DNA of 64,000 nucleotides from positions 434,001 to 498,000 of the forward strand of contig CAXHJY010001472.1 of the NCBI GenBank assembly GCA_964016885.1. The letters are read 5' to 3'. The notes under the pieces were generated by a model that ran no database searches, was not told where the DNA came from, and saw nothing but the letters and a program-made list of their open reading frames with translations. Origin of the DNA: Eledone cirrhosa (lineage: Eukaryota). The position numbers were made by a program, and so were the translations under genes. Below, piece by piece: positions 54,401 to 64,000 of this stretch (the first letter of the stretch is position 1; the number at the start of each line of letters is the position of its first letter).

Positions 54401-56370
54401 ATCTCCCCCTGATTTTTTTAAACAAATTATCTCCCCCTGATTTTTTTTTACAAATTATCTCCCCCTGATTTTTTTTTACAAATTATCTCCCCCTGATTTT
54501 TTTACAAATTATCTCCCCCTGATTTTTTTTACAATCTCCGCCTGATTTTTTTAAAAATTATCTTCCCTTGGCTGGCGGGAAATTATCTCCCCTTGGACGG
54601 CTGGAAATTATCTCCCCTTGGAAGGATGGAAATTATCTCCCCTTGGACGGCTGGAAATTATCTCCCCTTGCACGGCTGGAAATTATCTCCCCTTGGACAG
54701 CTGGAAATTATCTGCCCTTGATTTTGTTTTTACAAATTATCTCCCCCTGATTTTTTTTACAAATTATCTCCACCTGATTTTTTAAAAAATTATCTCCCCT
54801 TGGACGGCTTAAAATTATCTCCCCTTGGCTGGAAATTATCTCCCCTTGGACGGCTAGAAATTATCACTCTTTCGACGGCTGGAAATTATCTCCCTTTGAT
54901 TTTTTTTACAAATTATCTCCCTCTGATTTTTTTACAAATCTCCCCCTGATTTTTTAAAAAAAATTATCTCCCCTTCGCTGGCTGGAAATTATCTCCCCTT
55001 GGACACTGGAAATTATAGCCCCCTGGAGGGCTGGAAATTATCTTCCCTTGGACGGCTGGAAATTATCTCCCCTTGATTTCTTTTACAAATTATCTCCCCC
55101 TGATTTTTTTTTTACAAATTATCTCCCCCTGATTTTTTTTATAAATTATCTCCCCCTGATATTTTTAGAAATTATCTCCGCCTGATTTTTTTAAAAATTA
55201 TCTTCCCCTGGCTGGCGGGAAATTATCTCCCCTTGGACGGCTGGAAATTATCTCCCCTTGGAAGGATGGAAATTATCTCCCCTTGGACAGCTGGAAATTA
55301 TCTCCCCTTGGACGGCTGAAAATTATCTTCCCTTGATTTTTTTATACAAATTATCTCCCCCTGATTTTTTTTTACAAATTATCTCCCCCTGATTTTTTTT
55401 TTACAAATTATCTCTCCCTGATTTTTTTTTACAAATATCTCCCCTTGGCTGGCTGGAAATTATCTCATCTTGGCTGGCTGGAAATTATCTCCCCTTGGAC
55501 GGTTGGAAATTATCTCCCCTTGGACGGCTGGAAATTATCTCCCCTTGGACGGCTGGAAATTATCTCCTCTTGGACGGCTGGAAATTATTTCCCCTTGGAC
55601 AGCTGGAAATTATCTGCCCTTGATTTTGTTTTTACAAATTATCTCCCCCTGATTTTTTTTACAAATTATCTCCACCTAATTTTTTTAAAAATTATCTCCC
55701 CTTGGACGGCTGGAAATTATCTCCCCTTGGCTGGAAATTATCTCCCCTTGGACGGCTAGAAATTATCTCTCTTTGGACGGCTGGAAATTATCTCCCTTTG
55801 ATTTTTTTAACAAATTATCTCCCTCTGATTTTTTTTACAAATCTCCCCCTGATTTTTTAAAAAAAATTATCTCCCCTTCGCTGGCTGGAAATTATCTCCC
55901 CTTGGACACTGGAAATTATAGCCCCCTGGAGGGCTGGAAATTATCTTCCCTTGGACGGCTGGAAATTATCTCCCCTTGATTTTTTTACAAATTATCTCCC
56001 CCTGATTTTTTTTACAAATTATCTCCCCCTGATTTTTTTTACAAATTATCTCCCCCTGATTTTTTTTACAAATTATCTCCCCCTGATATTTTTTTTACAA
56101 ATTATCTCCGCCTGATTTTTTAAAAAAAATTATCTCCCCCTGATTTTTTTTTACAAATTATCTCCCCCTGATTTTTTTTTTACAAATTATCTCTCCCTGA
56201 TTTTTTTACAAATTATCTCCCCCTGATTTTTTTTACAATCTCCGCCTGATTTTTTTAAAAATTATCTTCCCTTGGCTGGCGGGAAATTATCTCCCCTTGG
56301 ACGGCTGGAAATTATCTCCCCTTGGAAGGATGGAAATTATCTCCCCTTGGACGGCTGGAAATTATCTCCC
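39408..56370 (+). repeat. ~17-kb segment, copy 2 of the large direct duplication
   Basis: Shares private variants with 17021-34710 in the same order: GGCTGGCTTGAA, TTGAACGG, TAATAAATTGTC, TTGGTTTGAAA, ATTATTGCCCC, CCCCCGGATT, GGAAGAATGG, ATTATCACTCTTTCG. Confidence 0.92.
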
Positions 56371-56909
56371 CTTGGACGGCTGAAAATTATCTCCCCTTGA
56401 TTTTTTTTACAAATTATCTCCCCCTGATTTTTTTTTACAAATTATCTCCGCCTGATTTTTTTTAAAATTATCTTCCCTTGGCTGGCGGGAAATTATCTCC
56501 CCTTGGACGGCTGGAAATTATCTCCCCTTGGAAGGATGGAAATTATCTCCCCTTGGACGGCTGGAAATTATCTCCCCTTGGACGGCTGAAAATTATCTCC
56601 CCTTGATTTTTTTTACAAATTATCTCCCCCTGATTTTTTTTTACAAATTATCTCCCCCTGATTTTTTTTTTATAAATTATCTCTCCCTGATTTTTTTTTA
56701 CAAATATCTCCCCTTGGCTGGCTGGAAATTATCTCATCTTGGCTGGCTGGAAATTATCTCCCCTTGGACGGTTGGAAATTATCTCCCCTTGGACGGCTGG
56801 AAATTATCTCCCCTTGGACGGCTGGAAATTATCTCCTCTTGGACTGTTGGAAATTATCTCCCCTTGGACGGCTGGAAATTATCTGCCCTTGATTTTTTTT
56901 TACAAATTA

Positions 56910-59900
56910 TCTCCCCCTGATTTTTTTTTACAAATTATCTCCCCCTGATTTTTTTTTACAAATTATCTCCCCCTGATTTTTTTTTTACAAATTATCTCCC
57001 CCTGATTTTTTTACAAATTATCTCCCCCTGATTTTTTTTACAATCTCCGCCTGATTTTTTAAAAAATTATCTTCCCTTGGTTGGCGGGAAATTATCTCCC
57101 CTTGGACGGCTGGAAATTATCTCCCCTTGGAAGGATGGAAATTATCTCCCCTTGGACGGCTGGAAATTATTCCCCCTTGCACGGCTGGAAATTATCTCCC
57201 CTTGGACAGCTGGAAATTATCTGCCCTTGATTTTGTTTTTACAAATTATCTCCCCCTGATTTTTTTTACAAATTATCTCCACCTGATTTTTTAAAAAATT
57301 ATCTCCCCTTGGACGGCTGGAAATTATCTCCCCTTGGCTGGAAATTATCTCCCCTTGGACACTGGAAATTATAGCCCCTTGGAGGGCTGCAAATTATCTT
57401 CCCTTGGACGGCTGGAAATTATCTCCCCTTGGAAGGATGGAAATTATCTCCCCTTGGACGGCTGGAAATTATCTCTCCTTGGACGGCTGAAAATTATCTC
57501 CCCTTGATTTTTTTTTACAAATTATCTCCCCCTGATTTTTTTTACAAATTATCTCCCCCTGATTTTTTTTTTACAAATTATCTCCCCCTGATTTTTTTAC
57601 AAATTATCTCCCCCTGATTTTTTTTACATATTATCTCCGCCTGATTTTTTTAAATATTATCTTCCCTTGGCTGGCGGGAAATTATCTCCCCTTGGACGGC
57701 TGGAAATTATCTCCCCTTGCACTGCTGGAAATTATCTTCCCTTGGACGGCTGGAAATTATCTGCCCTTGATTTTGTTTTTACAAATTATCTTCCCCTGAT
57801 TTTTTTTACAAATTATCTCCACCTGATTTTTTAAAAAATTATCTCCCCTCGGACGGCTGGAAATTATCTCCCCTTGGCTGGAAATTATCTCCCCTTGGAC
57901 GGCTGGAAATTATCTCCCCTTGATTTTTTTTACAAATTATCTCCCCCTGATTTTTTTACAAATTATCTCCCCCTGATTTTTTTTACAATCTCCGCCTGAT
58001 TTTTTAAAAAATGATCTCCCCTTGGACGGCTGGAAATGATCTCCCCTTGGCTGGTTGGAAATTATCTCCCCTTGGACCGCTAGAAATTATCTCTCCTTGG
58101 ACGGCTGGAAATTATCTCCCCTTGATTTTTTTACAAATTATCTCCCCCTGATTTTTTTTACAAATCTCCCAGTGATTTTTAAAAAAAAATTATCTCCCCT
58201 TCGCTGGCTGGAAATTATCTCCCCTTGGACGCTGGAAATTATAGCCCCCTTGGAGGGCTGGAAATTATCTTCCCTTGGACGGCTGGAAATTATCTCCCCT
58301 TGATTTTTTTACAATTTATCTCCCCCTGATTTTTTTTTACAGATTATCTCCCCCTGATTGGTTTTTACAAATTATCTCCCCCTGATTTTTTTTTTATAAA
58401 TTATCTCCGCCTGATTTTTTTAAAAAAATTATCTCCCCTTGGACGGCTGGAAATCATCTCCCCTTGGACGGCTGGAAATTATCTCCCCTTGGACGGCTAG
58501 AAATTACCTCTCCTTGGACGGCTGAAAATTATCTCCCCTTGGACGGCTGCAAATTATCTCCCCTTGATTTTTTTTACAAATTATCTCCCCCTGATTTTTT
58601 TTACAAATTATCTCCCCCTGATTTTTTTTTACAAATTATCTACCCCTGATTTTTTTTACAAATTATCTCCCCCTGATTTTTTTTTACAAATTATCTCTCC
58701 CTGATTTTTTTTACAAATTATCTCCCCCTGATTTTTTTTTTACAAATTATCTCCCCCTGATTTCTTTACAAATTATCTCCCCCTGATTTTTTTTACAATC
58801 TCCGCCTGATTTTTTAAAAAATTATCTTCCCTTGGCTGGCGGGAAATTATCTCCCCTTGGACGGCTGGAAATTATCTCCCCTTGGAAGGATGGAAATTAT
58901 CTCCCCTTGGACGGCTGGAAATTATCTCCCCTTGCACGGCTGGAAATTATCTCCCCTTGGACAGCTGGAAATTATCTGCCCTTGATTTTGTTTTTACAAA
59001 TTATCTCCCCCTGATTTTTTTTACAAATTATCTCCACCTGATTTTTTTAAAAATTATCTCCCCTTGGACGGCTGGAAATGATCTCCCCTTGGCTGGAAAT
59101 TATCTCCCCTTGGACGGCTAGAAATTATCTCTCTTTGGACGGCTGGAAATTATCTCCCTTTGATTTTTTAAACAAATTATCTCCCTCTGATTTTTTTTAC
59201 AAATCTCCCCCTGATTTTGTAAAAAAAATTATCTCCCCTTCGCTGGCTGGAAATTATCTCCCCTTGGACACTGGAAATTATAGCCCCTTGGAGGGCTGGA
59301 AATTATCTTCCCTTGGACGGCTGGAAATTATCTCCCCTTGATTTTTTTTACAAATTATCTCCCCCTGATTTTTTTTTTACAAATTATCTCCCCCTGATTT
59401 TTTTACAAATTATCTCCCCCTGATTTTTTTTACAAATTATCTCCGCCTGATTTTTTTAAATATTATCTTCCCTTGGCTGGCGGGAAATTATCTCCCCTTG
59501 GACGGCTGGAAATTATCTCCCCTTGGACGGCTAGAAATTACCTCTCCTTGGACGGCTGAAAATTATCTTCCCTTGGACGGCTGGAAATTATCTCCCCTTG
59601 ATTTTTTTACAAATTACCTCCCCCTGATTTTTTTTTACAAATTATCTCCCCCTGATTTTTTTTACAAATTATCTCCCCCTGATTTTTTTTTACAAATTAT
59701 CTCCCCCTGATATTTTTTTACAAATTATCTCCGTCTGATTTTTTAAAAAAAATTATCTCCCCTTGGACGGCTGGAAATTATCTCCCCTTGGACGGCTGGA
59801 AATTATCTCCCCTTGGACGGCTAGAAATTACCTGTCCTTGGACGGCTGAAAATTATCTCCCCTTGGACGGCTGCAAATTATCTCCCCTTGATTTTTTTTA

Positions 59901-61790
59901 CAAATTATCTCCCCTTGATTTTTGTTACAAATTATCTCCCCCTGATTTTTTTTTACAAATTATCTCCCCCTGATTTTTTTAAACAAATTATCTCCCCCTG
60001 ATTTTTTTTTACAAATTATCTCCCCCTGATTTTTTTTTACAAATTATCTCCCCCTGATTTTTTTACAAATTATCTCCCCCTGATTTTTTTACAATCTCCG
60101 CCTGATTTTTTTAAAAATTATCTTCCCTTGGCTGGCGGGAAATTATCTCCCCTTGGACGGCTGGAAATTATCTCCCCTTGGAAGGATGGAAATTATCTCC
60201 CCTTGGACGGCTGGAAATTATCTCCCCTTGCACGGCTGGAAATTATCTCCCCTTGGACAGCTGGAAATTATCTGCCCTTGATTTTGTTTTTACAAATTAT
60301 CTCCCCCTGATTTTTTTTACAAATTATCTCCACCTGATTTTTTAAAAAATTATCTCCCCTTGGACGGCTTAAAATTATCTCCCCTTCGCTGGCTGGAAAT
60401 TATCTCCCCTTGGACACTGGAAATTATAGCCCCCTGGAGGGCTGGAAATTATCTTCCCTTGGACGGCTGGAAATTATCTCCCCTTGATTTCTTTTACAAA
60501 TTATCTCCCCCTGATTTTTTTTTTACAAATTATCTCCCCCTGATTTTTTTTATAAATTATCTCCCCCTGATATTTTTAGAAATTATCTCCGCCTGATTTT
60601 TTTAAAAATTATCTTCCCTTGGCTGGCGGGAAATTATCTCCCCTTGGACGGCTGGAAATTATATCCCCTTGGAAGGATGGAAATTATCTCCCCTTGGACA
60701 GCTGGAAATTATCTCCCCTTGGACGGCTGAAAATTATCTTCCCTTGATTTTTTTATACAAATTATCTCCCCCTGATTTTTTTTTACAAATTATCTCCCCC
60801 TGATTTTTTTTTTACAAATTATCTCTCCCTGATTTTTTTTTACAAATATCTCCCCTTGGCTGGCTGGAAATTATCTCATCTTGGCTGGCTGGAAATTATC
60901 TCCCCTTGGACGGTTGGAAATTATCTCCCCTTGGACGGCTGGAAATTATCTCCCCTTGGACGGCTGGAAATTATCTCCTCTTGGACGGCTGGAAATTATT
61001 TCCCCTTGGACAGCTGGAAATTATCTGCCCTTGATTTTGTTTTTACAAATTATCTCCCCCTGATTTTTTTTACAAATTATATCCACCTAATTTTTTTAAA
61101 AATTATCTCCCCTTGGACGGCTGGAAATTATCTCCCCTTGGCTGGAAATTATCTCCCCTTGGACGGCTAGAAATTATCTCTCTTTGGACGGCTGGAAATT
61201 ATCTCCCTTTGATTTTTTTAACAAATTATCTCCCTCTGATTTTTTTTACAAATCTCCCCCTGATTTTTTAAAAAAAATTATCTCCCCTTCGCTGGCTGGA
61301 AATTATCTCCCCTTGGACACTGGAAATTATAGCCCCCTGGAGGGCTGGAAATTATCTTCCCTTGGACGGCTGGAAATTATCTCCCCTTGATTTTTTTACA
61401 AATTATCTCCCCCTGATTTTTTTTACAAATTATCTCCCCCTGATTTTTTTTACAAATTATCTCCCCCTGATTTTTTTTACAAATTATCTCCCCCTGATAT
61501 TTTTTTTACAAATTATCTCCGCCTGATTTTTTAAAAAAAATTATCTCCCCCTGATTTTTTTTTACAAATTATCTCCCCCTGATTTTTTTTTTACAAATTA
61601 TCTCCCCCTGATTTTTTTACAAATTATCTCCCCCTGATTTTTTTTACAATCTCCGCCTGATTTTTTTAAAAATTATCTTCCCTTGGCTGGCGGGAAATTA
61701 TCTCCCCTTGGACGGCTGGAAATTATCTCCCCTTGGAAGGATGGAAATTATCTCCCCTTGGACGGCTGGAAATTATCTCCCCTTGCACGG
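56910..61790 (+). repeat. ~4.9-kb third copy of 29690-34720 / 51500-56370
   Basis: Constant offset of 27,222 to 29855, 31242 and 32276, and 5,534-5,562 (then 5,411) to 51543-55773. GATTGGTTTT at 58356 matches 31134. Confidence 0.87.
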
Positions 61791-64000
61791 CTGGGAATTA
61801 TTTCCCCTTGGACAGCTGGAAATTATCTGCCCTTGATTTTGTTTTTACAAATTATCTCCCCCTGATTTTTTTTACAAATTATATCCACCTGATTTTTTAA
61901 AAAATTATCTCCCCTTGGACGGCTGGAAATTATCTCCCCTTGGCTGGAAATTATCTCCCCTTGGACGGCTAGAAATTATCTCTCTTTGGACGGCTGGAAA
62001 TTATCTCCCTTTGATTTTTTTAACAAATTATCTCCCTCTGATTTTTTTTACAAATCTCCCCCTGATTTTTTAAAAAAAATTATCTCCCCTTCGCTGGCTG
62101 GAAATTATCTCCCCTTGGACACTGGAAATTATAGCCCCCTGGAGGGCTGGAAATTATCTTCCCTTGGACGGCTGGAAATTATCTCCCCTTGATTTTTTTA
62201 CAAATTATCTCCCCCTGATTTTTTTTTACAAATTATCTCCCCCTGATTTTTTTTACAAATTATCTCCCCCTGATTTTTTTTACAAATTATCTCCCCCTGA
62301 TATTTTTTTTACAAATTATCTCCGCCTGATTTTTTTAAAAAAATTATCTCCCCCTGATTTTTTTTTACAAATTATCCCCCCCTGATTTTTTTTTTACAAA
62401 TTATCTCCCCCTGATTTTTTTACAAATTATCTCCCCCTGATTTTTTTTACAATCTCCGCCTGATTTTTTTAAAGATTATCTTCCCTTGGCTGGCGGGAAA
62501 TTATCTCCCCTTGGACGGCTGGAAATTATCTCCCCTTGGAAGGATGGAAATTATCTCCCCTTGGACGGCTGGAAATTATCTCCCCTTGCACGGCTGGAAA
62601 TTATCTCCCCTTGGACAGCTGGAAATTATCTGCCCTTGATTTTGTTTTTACAAATTATCTCCCCCTGATTTTTTTTACAAATTATCTCCACCTGATTTTT
62701 TAAAAAATTATCTCCCCTTGGACGGCTGGAAATTATCTCCCCTTGGACGGCTAGAAATTATCTCTCTTTGGACTGCTGGAAATTATCTCCCTTTGATTTT
62801 TTTAACAAATTATCTCCCTCTGATTTTTTTTACAAATCTCCCCCTGATTTTTTAAAAAAAATTATCTCCCCTTCGCTGGCTGGAAATTATCTCCCCTTGG
62901 ACACTGGAAATTATCTCCCCTTGGACGGCTGGATATTATCTCCCCTTGATTTTTTTTACAAATTATCTCCCCCTGATTTTTTTTTACAAATTATCTCCCC
63001 TGATTTTTTTTTTACAAATTATCTCCCCCTGATTTTTTTACAAATTATCTCCCCCTGATTTTTTTACAAATTATCTCCGCCTGATTTTTTAAAAAATTAT
63101 CTTCCCTTGGCTGGCGGGAAATTATCTCCCCTTGGACGGCTGGAAATTATCTCCACTTGGAAGGATGGAAATTATCTCCCCTTGGACGGCTGGAAATTAT
63201 CTTCCCTTGCACCATTGGAAATTATCTCCCCCTTTGACGGCTGAAAATTATCTCCCCTTGATTTTTTTTACAAATTATCTCCCCTTGATTTTTTTTTACA
63301 AATTATGTCCCCCTGATTTTTTTTTTACAAATTATCTCCGCCTGATTTTTTTTAAAAATTATCTCCCCTTGGACGGCTGGAAATTATCCCCCCTTGGACG
63401 GCTAGAAATTACCTCTCCTTGGACGGCTGAAAATTATCTCCCCTTGGACGGCTGGAAATTATCTCCCCTTGATTTTTTTACAAATTATCTGCCCCTGATT
63501 TTTTTTTTTACAAATTATCTCCCCCTGATTTTTTTTTACAAATTATCTCCCCCTGATTTTTTTTACAAATTATCTCCCCCTGATTTTTTTTTTACAAATT
63601 GTCTCCCCCTGATTTTTTTACAAATTATCTCCTGATTTTTTTTACATATTATCTCCGCCTCATTTTTTTAAATATTATCTTCCCTTGGCTGGCGGGAAAT
63701 TATCTCCCCTTGGACGGCTGGAAATTATCTCCCCTTGCACTGCTGGAAATTATCTCCCCTTGGACGGCTGGAAATTATCTGCCCTTGATTTTGTTTTTAC
63801 AAATTATCTTCCCCTGATTTTTTTTACAAATTATCTCCACCTGATTTTTTAAAAAATTATCTCCCCTCGGACGGCTGGAAATTATCTCCCCTTGGCTGGA
63901 AATTATCTCCCCTTGGACGGCTAGAAATTATCTCTCTTTGGACGGCTGGAAATTATCTCCCCTTGATTTTTTTTACAAATTATCTCCCCTTGATTTTTTT
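61400..64000 (+). repeat. Copy of ~48670-51200 (offset 12,735), also homologous to ~26.6-29.4 kb and ~34.0-36.1 kb
   Basis: Pairs 48948/61683, 49251/61986, 49429/62164, 49751/62486, 50033/62768 and 50397/63132 all have offset 12,735. Confidence 0.87.

Larger units (their letters stand above)
1..64000 (+). repeat. Composite tandem satellite/minisatellite array: 25-bp type A and 26-29-bp type B monomers sharing core AAATTATCTCCCCYTG; runs off both window ends
   Basis: Core AAATTATCTCCCC recurs every ~21-30 bp from the first to the last line, followed by either TTGGACGGCTGG (A) or CTGA(T)nAC (B). Same orientation throughout; no unique sequence seen. Confidence 0.99.

Noticed and set aside
479-63817. 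About 200 short ORFs (60-179 aa) with repeats such as GWKLSPL, LEIISPW and GNYLPLD
   Set aside because: They are three-frame read-throughs of the 25/27-bp monomers, mostly with TTG starts, and are broken at random by poly-T length. All lie on the + strand because the minus strand has TAA in nearly every monomer. No domain or gene structure.
1-64000. CRISPR-like pattern of constant repeat plus variable spacer
   Set aside because: The constant part is only 16 bp and the spacers are about 9-13 bp of just two recurring types. No unique spacers, leader or cas genes.
1-64000. Telomerase-type repeat (25-bp units as in some budding yeasts)
   Set aside because: Two monomer types, ordered variant modules and multi-kb duplications indicate recombination-based evolution, not copying from a single RNA template. 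No known telomere motif recognised.
1-64000. Pure sequencing or assembly artefact, or synthetic concatemer
   Set aside because: Rare variants and homopolymer lengths are reproduced between distant copies and each copy also has private SNPs and in-register indels, as expected of a real evolving array. Local misassembly cannot be excluded without reads.

Overview
The whole 64 kb is one uninterrupted head-to-tail tandem satellite array of about 2,450 monomers (64,000/~26), most likely eukaryotic heterochromatin. I see no credible protein gene, RNA gene, transposon insertion or inversion. Two monomer types share a 16-bp core, AAATTATCTCCCC(T/C)TG. Type A (25 bp) is AAATTATCTCCCCTTGGACGGCTGG. Type B (mostly 26-29 bp) is AAATTATCTCCCCCTGA(T)7-10AC. 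They alternate in blocks, and recurrent variant monomers appear in a fixed order. Those ordered modules build a 782/803-bp higher-order unit, which is itself copied in nested segments at offsets of about 1.1, 4.4, 5.5, 6.7-6.9, 11.5, 12.7, 22, 27.2 and 32.4 kb. All listed ORFs are + strand read-throughs of the repeat and are spurious, but their coordinates served as markers for measuring duplication offsets. Segment boundaries are approximate because they were read by eye.
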